A DNA stretch of 64,000 nucleotides from a virus (Duplodnaviria > Heunggongvirae > Uroviricota > Caudoviricetes), in the IMG/VR virus record IMGVR_UViG_2832576359_000003, positions 26,348-90,347 of that record, one strand, 5' to 3'. Both the position numbers and the translations under genes were made by a program. The notes beneath the pieces were generated by a model. It ran no database searches. It had not been told where the DNA came from and worked only from the letters and a program-made list of their open reading frames with translations. Of this stretch, positions 53,454 through 63,358 are shown one piece after another (position 1 is the first letter of the stretch; the number at the start of each line of letters is the position of its first letter).

Positions 53454-55919
53454 ATGACCGAAATGCTCCATGCGGTAAGGCCGCGCGCTGTGCTGCTGCT
53501 CAAAGCGGTATCGAAGAAGCAGGTCTACGTGCCTGCGTACACCCGCCACGACGGCACGGTGGTGGTGGGCCACTACGCCACGGTGAATGTCGCCATCGAC
53601 CACAGCGACACGAAGGTCTTGGCGGGCCGAGGTTCGCACTCTCAACGCCAGGCGCACGCAAAACTCGCGCAGCACGACTGGTTCAACGCGATGGATCACG
53701 GGGACCGCGTGAATCTTCTGCTTCACCACGCCACGAAGATCCAAGACAAGGCATCGCGCGCGGCCGCCGTGTCAATGTGGCGAACCGCGGCGCTGGCTGG
53801 CCGCAACCCGACGCCGGCGCAGTGGCGCGCGTTCCATGCGCTCCCCAGCGATCGCAAGCTCGCGCTGCTCGACGAGGTGCGGCAGACCGGGCGCACTGAT
53901 CATCTGAACTCGCCGCCCGTGGCAGCGGACGCCGAGCATCCGAATTCGCCGGCCACGCCGACGCCAGTTCCCTCGGCCGCACCTCCGCGCGTCGTCGCGG
54001 CGGAAACGTCCGGGCCGGAATCTCGCGCGCGCGAAACCGACACGCCGAGCGACGGCGATACGAAGACGGTCGACGGCGTGACGTACGTCCTGCAGGGCGG
54101 CCGCTGGCATCGTCAGACGCCCGAGAGCGAACAGGCCGAACAGCCGGCCTCCACGCCGCCCGAGCAGCCTGTTGCGCCAACGCCCTCGGCGGCCGACCGC
54201 GATCGGCACGCCGGGGCGATGCGCGCGGTCGTTGCGCCGACATTCCCCGAGACGAGCGCCTCGAATGCAGGGTGCACGCGCCGGGTCGCCGCACTGCGTG
54301 CCATGGCCGAGGCGGGAGATGTCGACGGGATCTCGAGTTTCTCGACGTCGCGCACGCGCGCGAACTACGCCCGCGTCGACGACTACCGGGCCGCGCTGCT
54401 GGCCGCGGCGCAGAACCTGACGCCTGCCGAGGCTCAGCGCGCCGTTGAAACACCGCCGCCGGCGCCCCCGCAGCTCTCCGGCGCGAACATGCAAAACACG
54501 GCGCTGCTCGCCGCTCAACGCAAAATCAACATGCTGCACGACGCCGCGCGCGCGGCCGACCCGGTTGCAGCGATTCAGGCGATCAACACGTCCCGCGGCA
54601 ACCGGTACCTGGACGCGGCCGACAATTACAAGCGCGCGCTGCTTGCACACTTCGGCGTCGACATCGCTGGCGCGCCCGTGCCGGGCGTCAGTGCCGAAGG
54701 AGAAGCGTCGCGCGCGCCGCGAATCGTTGCGGCTCGCGAGGCACCAGCGCCGGCCGCGGCCCCGCCGCGCGAGCAGCCCGCGGAGACCGCTGTTCCCGAG
54801 GCGGAGAGCCCGCCCCCGTTGCCCGACTCACAGAACCCCGCGATCGCCGCGAACCCGCTCGGGTACTCCGAGGTCGTGCTCGGGTTCGTGCCGCGCCCCA
54901 ACGTGCCGTTGAGCGTGCGCACGAACATGCCTGGTGTGCAGTTTCCCGATCCGCGCATGGCCGAGTTGAACCGCCGGTACCTCGCGCAGCCGACCTCGCT
55001 GCAGCAGCGCGCTCGCGAATATCAGGCGGGAAATTGGGCGCCGCGCACACCTGAGGTGATCGCGGCGGAGGCAGCAGCTGCGGCCGAGCGCCAGCGCGCC
55101 GAGCAAGAGGCTATCCGGCGCGCCGCGGCGGCGGTGGAGGCGCGCCTAGGATCCATCGAACAGATCTTCCGGCCGCGCGCGGCGGTCGGTGCAAACGTCC
55201 GCGTCCTCAACTCGCACATCTCCGACGTCGATGCGCAGCGCGTGCTCGGTGTTCCGAAGGAGCAGGCTGACGTCATGTTCAAGCAGATGGTCGTCGACTA
55301 CGGCTTCGGCGTGACGTTCGCCATCACTGCGACCGCCTCGCCGGCGCAAATCGAGGTCCAGTATCACGGATCGGACGGAACATCGATCACGCGTCGATTC
55401 AAACGAGACACCGCCGGTGGCCCGCTGTCGGTGTACCACGCGTATTTCAAGGCCGGGAGCACGGGCGGCGGGTCAGGAAAACAGCTGTTCCGCAACTCGA
55501 TGGGGGTCTACAAGGCGCTCGGCGTGGCCGAGGTATCTGTGTACGCCAATATCGACGTGGGGGGCTATGCCTGGGCGAAGTTCGGTTATCTGCCGAAGAA
55601 TTGGGGAAACCTCCGCGCGACGCTGCGCAATCGCTTGTCATCGATCGCAAACGGGTCAATCTCGCGCGCGACGCAAGGGCGCCGGTCGGTGCAGTTGCCC
55701 GCACTGGATCCGTCGATCGTTGCAAAAATCAACACCGTGCTCGACAGCGACTCTCCGGAGACGCTCTGGGTTATCGCCGACATGAAGGTCGGCGAGCGCG
55801 CGGTCGGGAAGGAGCTTTTGCTCGGCACGGATTGGAACGGCGTGATGAAGCTGTCCCACGAGCGAACCATGCTAAGGTTCGCGAAGTACGTCAGTCCCGA
55901 TAGGAGTCAAGCACAGTGA
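53454..55919 (+). CDS. Large multidomain protein with GNAT-like C-terminal domain
   Basis: N-terminal LLLKAV...YTRHDGTVVVGHYA motif shared with the next gene. Pro/Ala-rich linkers. C-terminal YHAYFKAGSTGGGSGKQLFRNSMGVYKALGV resembles GNAT motif A. Confidence 0.45.
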   Translation: MTEMLHAVRPRAVLLLKAVSKKQVYVPAYTRHDGTVVVGHYATVNVAIDHSDTKVLAGRGSHSQRQAHAKLAQHDWFNAMDHGDRVNLLLHHATKIQDKASRAAAVSMWRTAALAGRNPTPAQWRAFHALPSDRKLALLDEVRQTGRTDHLNSPPVAADAEHPNSPATPTPVPSAAPPRVVAAETSGPESRARETDTPSDGDTKTVDGVTYVLQGGRWHRQTPESEQAEQPASTPPEQPVAPTPSAADRDRHAGAMRAVVAPTFPETSASNAGCTRRVAALRAMAEAGDVDGISSFSTSRTRANYARVDDYRAALLAAAQNLTPAEAQRAVETPPPAPPQLSGANMQNTALLAAQRKINMLHDAARAADPVAAIQAINTSRGNRYLDAADNYKRALLAHFGVDIAGAPVPGVSAEGEASRAPRIVAAREAPAPAAAPPREQPAETAVPEAESPPPLPDSQNPAIAANPLGYSEVVLGFVPRPNVPLSVRTNMPGVQFPDPRMAELNRRYLAQPTSLQQRAREYQAGNWAPRTPEVIAAEAAAAAERQRAEQEAIRRAAAAVEARLGSIEQIFRPRAAVGANVRVLNSHISDVDAQRVLGVPKEQADVMFKQMVVDYGFGVTFAITATASPAQIEVQYHGSDGTSITRRFKRDTAGGPLSVYHAYFKAGSTGGGSGKQLFRNSMGVYKALGVAEVSVYANIDVGGYAWAKFGYLPKNWGNLRATLRNRLSSIANGSISRATQGRRSVQLPALDPSIVAKINTVLDSDSPETLWVIADMKVGERAVGKELLLGTDWNGVMKLSHERTMLRFAKYVSPDRSQAQ

Positions 55920-56104
55920 ACGTCATTTTTGAGCACGACGAGGAGAATCCCGTGCCGGCCGACGCGGCCGACGGGATGCAAGACCTCATGGCCGAGCTCG
56001 ACGAGCCGTCGTCGACGTCCTGGGACATCGCGGTCGAAAACCCGCCGCACGAGGGCTATGACGGACCTTTGCCGCACCCTAGCTTGCCGAAAGCGCCGGG
56101 GTGA
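55916..56104 (+). CDS. Small acidic hypothetical protein
   Basis: 62-aa ORF followed by a terminator. Confidence 0.25.
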   Translation: MNVIFEHDEENPVPADAADGMQDLMAELDEPSSTSWDIAVENPPHEGYDGPLPHPSLPKAPG

Positions 56105-56117
56105 ACCTCACCCTATG

Positions 56118-56150
56118 CCGCCGAGAAGCCCGCCGCGCGCGGGCTTTTTT
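56118..56150 (+). terminator. Rho-independent terminator
   Basis: GAAGCCCGCCGCGCGCGGGCTTTTTTGCG. Confidence 0.6.
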
Positions 56151-56230
56151 GCGTCCGAATTTTCCCTCGCTCGACGGTCGTCGTGATGCAAACATGCTGT
56201 CACTTTCCTGATCCAACCGTGGGGTATCGC

Positions 56231-56839
56231 ATGAGCAAAGCAAAGCCGGTCCTGTTCCTGAAGGCGCACGTCGGCTCCTACACTCGCTCGGACGGCACCG
56301 TTGTGCAGGCGCACGAAACGAGCGCGCGCTCGGCGGTACCGCGCCACCGCTCGATCGTGGAAGCGGCAACGTATTCGGGAGGCCACCACGAGGAACACAG
56401 CGTGAGCCATTTGCCCAATCAGTCGAGCCGGGGGATTCGTGTGGGCGCCGGCGACAAGGCGCACGCGATGGAGCACGCGCGCGCGACGTTCTCGGCGGCC
56501 GGTCTCAAGCGCAAAGGTACGGACACTATCTCGGGGGCCGAACAGTACGAGTCGGCCTCGCACGCCGGCGAAATTTGGCACAACAACGGCACGGTGCATG
56601 TAGTGGTGCAGCGCAAGTCGAAAGCCGCGGCGCCGGCCGCTTCCGGTGGACTCCACCACACGGACCTGCGCGAAGGCGATGAAATCGAGGGGCCGGACGG
56701 CGAGAAACACGAGTATTCGCACACGCAGCGCGGCGTGGGCCGGATGGTCGTCCACACCGGCGCCGGGCACACCTTCCCGACCGAGCGCGACGGCACGCTG
56801 AAAGGCTTCAAGAAGACCGGGCACAACTTCGCCGACTGA
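56231..56839 (+). CDS. Hypothetical protein sharing its N-terminal motif with the 53454 gene
   Basis: MSKAKPVLFLKAHVGSYTRSDGTVVQAHET parallels RAVLLLKAVSKKQVYVPAYTRHDGTVVVGHYAT. His-rich. Confidence 0.4.
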   Translation: MSKAKPVLFLKAHVGSYTRSDGTVVQAHETSARSAVPRHRSIVEAATYSGGHHEEHSVSHLPNQSSRGIRVGAGDKAHAMEHARATFSAAGLKRKGTDTISGAEQYESASHAGEIWHNNGTVHVVVQRKSKAAAPAASGGLHHTDLREGDEIEGPDGEKHEYSHTQRGVGRMVVHTGAGHTFPTERDGTLKGFKKTGHNFAD

Positions 56840-56892
56840 CGCGTCGTGACGCAAGCCTAGAGGCCTTCGCATACCCCTCCCGAGGCCCAGAA

Positions 56893-57096
56893 ATGTCCGC
56901 ACGCATTCAGATCGTCGTCGTCGATTCGAAAGGCAATTCGTTCGACCCCAACTCGCTCGCGCACGTCTACACGAACGACGACGACGGAAACCGCCTGACC
57001 GATACCTGCTTTGACGGCGCCGTCACCCGAGTCAAGACGTGCACCTACGATACGAGCGGCGCGAAGCTGACCGAGTCGGCCTGGGTCGTGCAGTGA
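56893..57096 (+). CDS. Small hypothetical protein
   Basis: 67-aa ORF. Confidence 0.3.
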   Translation: MSARIQIVVVDSKGNSFDPNSLAHVYTNDDDGNRLTDTCFDGAVTRVKTCTYDTSGAKLTESAWVVQ

Positions 57097-57149
57097 GGTC
57101 GTGACACCACGATTGCCCGTGTTTATCGGGCTTTCGTGGGGTCGCAAAG

Positions 57150-59768
57150 GTGCAGTCTGTCGAGTGTGAGTTTCCTGAACTGTTCGAAGGGCAGGAACGC
57201 ATCGCGAGTAGCCTCGCGCGTTTCAATCTCGTGCACGGCGGCGAGCAGTGCGGCAAGAGCACGACGGCGATCGACGTCCTGCTGCTCTCGCAATTTGGCG
57301 CGCTCAACGGGTATCACGTCGCCTTCTGCGTGCCCGACGAGGCCGCTGTAACGGTCGCCAAGCGGCGCGTCTTCTCCCTCATTCACCACCTCGTCGACGG
57401 GCGTCCCGATCGGCCCCGCGTCGAACTAATCACGGGTGGCTCGATTCGCTTCGTGCGGCTCGATGACGAGCACCTTGAGCTTTGGGACCACCTCGCGCTG
57501 ATCGTCGTCGACGACGCGCAGCTCGTGCCGCGCATCGAGCCGCTCTGGTATGACGTGCTCGAACCTGCGCTCGGGCGCTCGCGCGGCTCGGCCTGGATCT
57601 TCGGAAAGCCCCGCGGCGCGCGCGACGGATTCGCGAGCCTCGCGCGGAACGCCGCCGGCGGCGTGCTATGGGCGGCATACCGCATGCCCACGGAAGAAAA
57701 CCCGTATTTCGACCGCGCGCGCCTCGAAGCGGACCGCGAGAAATTCACAGCAGACCAGTTCGCGCAGGAACGCGAGGGCGTCTTCGTCGACGTGCCGGTG
57801 GCGCTCACCGCGTCACAGTCGATCATCAAGCCTGGCGAGACGTTCCGCGAGTGGTGCATCCGGCTCGGCGAAGAAGGCCTCCACGTCGACGAAAAGCCAT
57901 TCACGCTCGACGATCGCCCGGCGATGCACTTCGTCTACGACCTGATCCCCTCGACCGCCGAAGAGGCGTTCCAGCGCATCGACGTGATCATGAAGTGCAC
58001 GCAGGTCGGGTTCACGGTGTTCGAAATGATGGCGATGCTGTATCTCGCGCTTCGCTTCGCGCCGGCGAAGATCGGCAGCTTCATGCCGTCGAAGGATCTC
58101 GCCGCCGGCAAGTCGTCGAATCGGTTCATGGGCATCGTGCGCACGATGCCGGCCGTGCACTCGATGATGACCGAGACGGCCGCCGAGCACGGCAAGTCCG
58201 GCGAGGGCAACGTCCTTACGCGGAACCTCGGCAACTCCATCTTCTATTTCCTCTGGACGTCCGGCAAGACCACGACCGAGTCGAACCCGATGGACGTGGT
58301 TTCGTTCGACGAAGTGCAGGAAATGAAGATCGCGGCGATGGAGAAAACCCGCGAGCGTATGTCGGCGTCGGCGATCCGCTACACGCTGATGGGATCCACC
58401 GCGAATTGGCCGGACGAGGATATCCACTGGTGGTTCAAGAAGGGCACGCAGTACCAATTTCACACGGACTGCCCCTCATGCCACACAGGGCAGGTTCTCG
58501 ACGATCACTTCCCCAAGTGCGTGGGCTTTGATCCCACGGCGCTGCGTTGGAACCCGCGCGAGGCCGAGGCGGGCATCGTGGGCGAGTACCGGTACCGCTG
58601 CCACGCGTGCGGCGGATGGATCGATGACCCGCAGATCGGCCGATGGATCGCGAAATTCCCAGAGGCTTCGATCCGCTCGCTCCACTTCCCACAGTTCCTG
58701 TCCCCGACGATCTCGCCGCGCGAAATGTACGAGGCGTATCGCGACGCCAAGGACATGAAGAACTTCTACAACCGGAAGCTCGGAAAGCCGTACGTCGATC
58801 CCACACAGGTTCCGGTCAACCTCGAGATGCTCGCCGCGTGCGCGGCGCTCGGGATGAAGCTCGGCGTCGTGTGGGAGGAGCGGGGCCGCGACACGTACAT
58901 GGGCATCGACCAGATGGGGCAATTTAACGCGGTCTTGATCGCGAAGCGGCTGCCGACTGGTCACATGGCGATTATCCACGCTGAGGAAGTCTACGACGCA
59001 GACCCGTTCGCGCGCTGCTCGGTGCTGCTCGAGCGCTATGGCGTGCGCGTTTGCGTCGTCGAAACGCTGCCGAACTACAACGACGCGAAGCGCTTCGCCA
59101 ACCGCCACCCGGGCATCGTGTTCCTCGCCGGCTACGGCAACATGGAAAGCGACATGCTGCGGTGGGGCGACGATCGGGCGAACCGCTCGGAGCGCCGCAC
59201 GGACGACGAGGACCGCGACCAGTACACGGTCACGCTCGACCAATACAAGTCGATGCAGGTTGCCTTCGCGCGGATCTCGAAGCTGGTTTGCGTGTTTCCT
59301 GATCCGAAGGCCCTTATCCAGGAGCTGACCGACGACGGGGACAACGGCAAGGGCGAGCGATCGTTGCGCCCGATCCTCGAGGAGCGCGTGTTTAAGCACT
59401 TCACGCGCACGGCGCTGATCGCCGAGCGCGACGAGGAGGAAAAGAAATTCCGGCGCCGCGTGGTCAAGGTCGGTATCGACCCTCACTTCTCGTACGCGTT
59501 CATGCTGCTCAACGTCGCATGGGCTCGCGCGCACGGTACGGCGTCGTTTCTATTCCCTGACGAGGCGGAGGAGGTTGAAGTGCCCCAAGGAAGCATTGCG
59601 ATCGCGCAGACGCGCGTTCTGGCGGATATCAAGCGGGAGACTGAGGAGGCGGGGGCAGAGAAGTGCGCCGGCTGCGCATCGTTCGACGAGGAGCGGGGGT
59701 GGTGCGAGGAGCGCGAGGTGCTGGTGAGGCCGAGCAGCCCCGCGTGCATCTTGTTTATGGATCGGTAG
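57150..59768 (+). CDS. Terminase large subunit (GpA family) with ~250-aa N-terminal extension carrying a second P-loop
   Basis: GpA-like Walker A KCTQVGFT near aa 283 and a Zn ribbon (CPSCHTGQ...CHACGG). Additional N-terminal Walker A GGEQCGKST and Walker B LIVVDDAQ. No stop codon over 872 aa. GTG start. Confidence 0.6.
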   Translation: MQSVECEFPELFEGQERIASSLARFNLVHGGEQCGKSTTAIDVLLLSQFGALNGYHVAFCVPDEAAVTVAKRRVFSLIHHLVDGRPDRPRVELITGGSIRFVRLDDEHLELWDHLALIVVDDAQLVPRIEPLWYDVLEPALGRSRGSAWIFGKPRGARDGFASLARNAAGGVLWAAYRMPTEENPYFDRARLEADREKFTADQFAQEREGVFVDVPVALTASQSIIKPGETFREWCIRLGEEGLHVDEKPFTLDDRPAMHFVYDLIPSTAEEAFQRIDVIMKCTQVGFTVFEMMAMLYLALRFAPAKIGSFMPSKDLAAGKSSNRFMGIVRTMPAVHSMMTETAAEHGKSGEGNVLTRNLGNSIFYFLWTSGKTTTESNPMDVVSFDEVQEMKIAAMEKTRERMSASAIRYTLMGSTANWPDEDIHWWFKKGTQYQFHTDCPSCHTGQVLDDHFPKCVGFDPTALRWNPREAEAGIVGEYRYRCHACGGWIDDPQIGRWIAKFPEASIRSLHFPQFLSPTISPREMYEAYRDAKDMKNFYNRKLGKPYVDPTQVPVNLEMLAACAALGMKLGVVWEERGRDTYMGIDQMGQFNAVLIAKRLPTGHMAIIHAEEVYDADPFARCSVLLERYGVRVCVVETLPNYNDAKRFANRHPGIVFLAGYGNMESDMLRWGDDRANRSERRTDDEDRDQYTVTLDQYKSMQVAFARISKLVCVFPDPKALIQELTDDGDNGKGERSLRPILEERVFKHFTRTALIAERDEEEKKFRRRVVKVGIDPHFSYAFMLLNVAWARAHGTASFLFPDEAEEVEVPQGSIAIAQTRVLADIKRETEEAGAEKCAGCASFDEERGWCEEREVLVRPSSPACILFMDR

Positions 59769-59771
59769 GGG

Positions 59772-60086
59772 TCATCGCCGACGGGCGGAAACTGGGCGCT
59801 TCCGCGGCTTTCTGGCATCTAGTTGCGCTTTGAGCTGTAAGTACTGATTCAGCTCCTTCGGTTCCGGGACGTCTTCCTTACGCCAGAACAGCACCTGTTG
59901 GCCTTTCCAATGCGTGCCCGTCGCCCAGAAGTCCGGGTCACCTGGCATCTTCTCCAAGACCTCCATCCTGAGTGGCTGGTCGCGGCGCCAAGGGACGCAG
60001 GCTCGCAACCGGGCTCCGGTTAGGCCGAACAAGATATCGCCTTCGCGGACAGGTTGCCCATCGAGGTATGCGAGCACGCTACCCAT
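59772..60086 (-). CDS. Hypothetical protein
   Basis: 104-aa ORF, last gene of the leftward NAD operon. Confidence 0.3.
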   Translation of the reverse strand: MGSVLAYLDGQPVREGDILFGLTGARLRACVPWRRDQPLRMEVLEKMPGDPDFWATGTHWKGQQVLFWRKEDVPEPKELNQYLQLKAQLDARKPRKRPVSARRR

Positions 60087-60104
60087 GTTGTGTCTCGTCG
60101 ATCG

Positions 60105-60308
60105 TCATGTTGCCTGTTCTCTCATCGTCTGGGTCTTCAGCAAGAAAAGCTCCCAACGAGCAATGTCCATGCGGCGTGTCCCGCGCTCGTATTCGGACCA
60201 GCGCACCGCGCTACTCAGATGCACGAGGCTCGCGGCCTTCGACTGGCTGATACGCGCCGCGCGGCGGACCGCGCGCACTTCGTCACTCGTTGGGGTCTTC
60301 AGGGTCAT
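60105..60308 (-). CDS. Short XRE-like HTH protein
   Basis: EVRAVRRAARISQSKAASLVHLSSAVRWSEYERG is HTH-like. Confidence 0.35.
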   Translation of the reverse strand: MTLKTPTSDEVRAVRRAARISQSKAASLVHLSSAVRWSEYERGTRRMDIARWELFLLKTQTMREQAT

Positions 60309-60338
60309 GTGTCGCTGCGGTGATGGACTATTGGTGCG

Positions 60339-62072
60339 TCATGGCATGATCCCGGTCCAGTCGATGCTGCCTGGCTCGGGGCACTCCCACGACATGGCAA
60401 GGCGATTGCGCATTTGCGCAAGTGTCGTCGTCCGTACCAGTTTCCCATCACGAAAGATCGGCTTAAGCGAGCCGGTATCGAACACGGTAGGGTCTTGCCG
60501 GTCGTACAGCACGTAATCGTCGTCAACGCGGCGCACGCACACCAATCCCTTCGCGGACTTCTTCGTGCCGTCGTCGGTTGCCGGATCCTTGTAAATCTCT
60601 ATCGACTCGCCGCCGACCTCGGCATAGATCGCCTTCAGCGCGAAGCCGAATGTATCGCGTGACACCATGTTGTACGTGTACGAGCCGATGCCGAAAACGA
60701 CGTTGTTCGACGCGAAGCCCTTGTCTGCCAGACGGCGCAGGATGCGCACGCCACGCTCGAGTGTGATCGAATCGCCGTAGATCAGGCCTACGTGACTGTC
60801 GAGTACCTTGAAGCCCTTGTCTGTTCCCGTGCCGCCGTAGATATCCCAGAGGCATTCGACCGCGCCCTTGCGCTCGGCAGCCGTGATCCGACGACCCATG
60901 CCTGCGCGTCCGCACGTGACATATTTTCCTTCTTCGTCGACAACCGGTTGCCCATCGTCGTCGCACATAAGCTCGTCATTTCGGTAACCCGTCAGAATCT
61001 TCACCGGGTCGCCCGAGTCGGGCCTGAACACCACCTTGCACTGGCCGAGCGCATTTGGCCGGCGCGCGAGAATCTCGTCTTTGAGCTCGCGCGCGACGAC
61101 CGTGATCGTGTTCCAGAAATCGAACGAATCGGCGACGATCGAAATCATGCCTTCGGGATAGTCCTCGGTCACAAGCTCGCGGATCACTTCCTGCTCGGCG
61201 ACGCACCGCATTTGCTTCTCGGTGAAAATCTCGTTTCCGCGCTTGCGCTTGAGAGCCGCGAGCACGCGCAGAATCCGAAGCGTCATCACGCTGTGCTCGG
61301 TCGCCGGGATCGAACCCCCGATCAGTTCCTTATCTGCGTCGGCGCCGTAGAAGTCCTCGGCATAGTCGATAGCGGGGATCGTGTCGGTGCCGGTGAATGA
61401 GAGCAAGTGACCGAGGCCGCAACGCATCGCATCGTGCACGCCGCTCATGCCGCGCATCGAGAAATCGTGGCCTTGCCAGCTAACGAAGTCCTCGGGAGCA
61501 CCCGTGAGCCGCGCGAAGTACGTGAGCAGCTTGCGGAATTCAAAGGCAATCGTCGCGACCGTCGACGGCTTCCAGTTCTCGCAGCTGAATAGCGTCTCGA
61601 AGTACGTTGCGAGCCACGAATGCTCGCCTCGGGCAATAAAGATGATCGGCGGCACCTTGATATTCACGCGAGAGCCTTCGGGGAGTGCCCGGATCTCGAG
61701 CGGCAAATATCCGAGGTCGTGCAAGGCCTCGAGCTTCGCCGTCGACACTGCATCCGGTCCGAGTGCGGTGTCCATGCGGCGCTTGAACTTGCGCACGGCC
61801 TTGGCCTTGGGAACGTCGAAGAATCGCTTCCCGAACAGGTCAATGACGAATTCCTGAATCCAGCCCTGCTGGCCGAGCCACACGACCTTTCCGTCGAACA
61901 GCTGCGGCAGGACCGGCGCGTACTTAGCCGAGCGCGGCGTGAAGTTCGCGACGAGCATGTCTAATCCGGCCGGGTACATGCCCGGGTGCCCGGTCTTGTA
62001 GAAGTCGGCGAGGTTGAACGGCACGAGGCCGTTTTGCTTCTCGAGTACGTCGTGATCGATGGGTGCGTTCAT
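60339..62072 (-). CDS. Nicotinamide phosphoribosyltransferase family protein (NadV/NAMPT; possibly Namat-like)
   Basis: N-terminal NLADFYKTGH(P)GMYP (NAMPT TDSYK-type motif), GTDT, IADSFD and FGIGS blocks typical of the NAMPT family. Confidence 0.75.
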   Translation of the reverse strand: MNAPIDHDVLEKQNGLVPFNLADFYKTGHPGMYPAGLDMLVANFTPRSAKYAPVLPQLFDGKVVWLGQQGWIQEFVIDLFGKRFFDVPKAKAVRKFKRRMDTALGPDAVSTAKLEALHDLGYLPLEIRALPEGSRVNIKVPPIIFIARGEHSWLATYFETLFSCENWKPSTVATIAFEFRKLLTYFARLTGAPEDFVSWQGHDFSMRGMSGVHDAMRCGLGHLLSFTGTDTIPAIDYAEDFYGADADKELIGGSIPATEHSVMTLRILRVLAALKRKRGNEIFTEKQMRCVAEQEVIRELVTEDYPEGMISIVADSFDFWNTITVVARELKDEILARRPNALGQCKVVFRPDSGDPVKILTGYRNDELMCDDDGQPVVDEEGKYVTCGRAGMGRRITAAERKGAVECLWDIYGGTGTDKGFKVLDSHVGLIYGDSITLERGVRILRRLADKGFASNNVVFGIGSYTYNMVSRDTFGFALKAIYAEVGGESIEIYKDPATDDGTKKSAKGLVCVRRVDDDYVLYDRQDPTVFDTGSLKPIFRDGKLVRTTTLAQMRNRLAMSWECPEPGSIDWTGIMP

Positions 62073-62092
62073 TGTTGTGTCTCTGGTTTGAG

Positions 62093-62908
62093 TTAGACCA
62101 CGGTGCAGCGATCGTCGCTGATCCAGTTGTTACGCGTGAAAACCTGCGCATATCCCTCGAGCAGCACGTCGAGTCCCTTGCTGAAAATGCCGTGTGTGAC
62201 GTAGAGGAAAAGCTGGTGGCGCGTGCCCTGCGTGTCCTGCTTAGCTTTGATGGCGCTCGCCAATTCGATAAAAGTCCGTCCACCGTCGCAGATGTCGTCG
62301 ACGACAAGCAAGGGCAATTCGGGAAGGTCGCCGAGGACCTCGGTGCCCGTGATCTGACCGGTTCGTGTGTCGCGCACCTTGTCCGCAAATACGACTTCCA
62401 GATCGAAGGCCGAGGCGAGCTTCAGGACGCGTTTGCGTGCCCCCGCATCGGGTGCCACTAGCGCGACCTTCGTGCCGATTCGGTCGATCACCGCCGAGAG
62501 AGGCAGAACCGGGTCGGCGATCTGGACACGCTCGAGCAGCGCGGGCACGACGTCGCTGTGCGGATCCTCAATGAGCACGCGGCTGTATTTCTGGGCGTTG
62601 ATCAGGTCACAAAACACCTTGGCGCTCAGCGACTCTCCCCGGTTGGCCACGCGATCCTGGCGTGCATAGGGGACATAGGGCATGTCAAGGATGATGCCGG
62701 CCGCCGGATAGGCGCGGCGCAGCGCGTCAGTGATCATGATCAGCGCCATGACGTCGGCCGAGCTTTTCAGTCCTGCGCTGATCAGCAGCCCGCGGGGCGC
62801 GACGGCGTCTGCCTGAACGGTTGCGTGGATCTCGCCACCGGGGAACGTGAGGGTCTTTACGTCGAGCTTCCTATAGCCTGTTTCGGTAACTACGGATACA
62901 TCGATCAT
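62093..62908 (-). CDS. Ribose-phosphate pyrophosphokinase-family protein (short Prs-like; possibly Adps-like)
   Basis: Prs N-terminal domain pattern and PRPP-binding loop (LLVVDDICDGGRTFIELASA). 271 aa, shorter than canonical Prs. Adjacent to the NAMPT-like gene. Confidence 0.7.
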   Translation of the reverse strand: MIDVSVVTETGYRKLDVKTLTFPGGEIHATVQADAVAPRGLLISAGLKSSADVMALIMITDALRRAYPAAGIILDMPYVPYARQDRVANRGESLSAKVFCDLINAQKYSRVLIEDPHSDVVPALLERVQIADPVLPLSAVIDRIGTKVALVAPDAGARKRVLKLASAFDLEVVFADKVRDTRTGQITGTEVLGDLPELPLLVVDDICDGGRTFIELASAIKAKQDTQGTRHQLFLYVTHGIFSKGLDVLLEGYAQVFTRNNWISDDRCTVV

Positions 62909-62923
62909 TGTTCAGTCCTGTTG

Positions 62924-63358
62924 TCAGAAGAGTTCGCCTTGAGCGGCGTTCGGGATTGCTGGTTTGATTGCTGCGGGGAGGCCTGCACGGCGTCGCGCGA
63001 TCCCCTGTACTGCCTCGCGTATCGATAGGGCTTCGCCATCCTTCAACACGCGGCGATGGCCTTCTTCTGTGCCCTTGGGGTGCTCGGGGCAGTAGTCGTA
63101 CGTGTCCCACGTTCCGGTCCGGCCCATCTTTATGTGGATGACCCCGCGACGTTCGGCGTGCTTCGTGCACAGGGGCATGTCACACGTGTGCACAAAATCC
63201 CGGCTCGGGATGCGCTCGACCTTTCCCGTCTTGATGCCGATCGCCTCGGACCGATAGCCCCTCCCCAGCACGTGGTCGCATAGCTGCGTGGCGGGGAGCG
63301 CGCAATAGAAGCAAGTCTGTTGCTGCCGTGGCATCAAAGCGCCTCGCGCCGGACCCAA
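62924..63358 (-). CDS. Hypothetical Cys/His-rich protein
   Basis: CFYCALPATQLCDHV...HTCDMPLCTKH...YCPEH suggests Zn binding. Confidence 0.3.
   Translation of the reverse strand: MGPARGALMPRQQQTCFYCALPATQLCDHVLGRGYRSEAIGIKTGKVERIPSRDFVHTCDMPLCTKHAERRGVIHIKMGRTGTWDTYDYCPEHPKGTEEGHRRVLKDGEALSIREAVQGIARRRAGLPAAIKPAIPNAAQGELF

Noticed and set aside
57150-57960. Possibility that the N-terminal 270 aa of the terminase ORF is a separate gene.
   Set aside because: There is no stop codon in this frame between 57150 and 59768, and coding bias is continuous. Kept as one CDS but flagged, since a sequencing frameshift cannot be excluded.
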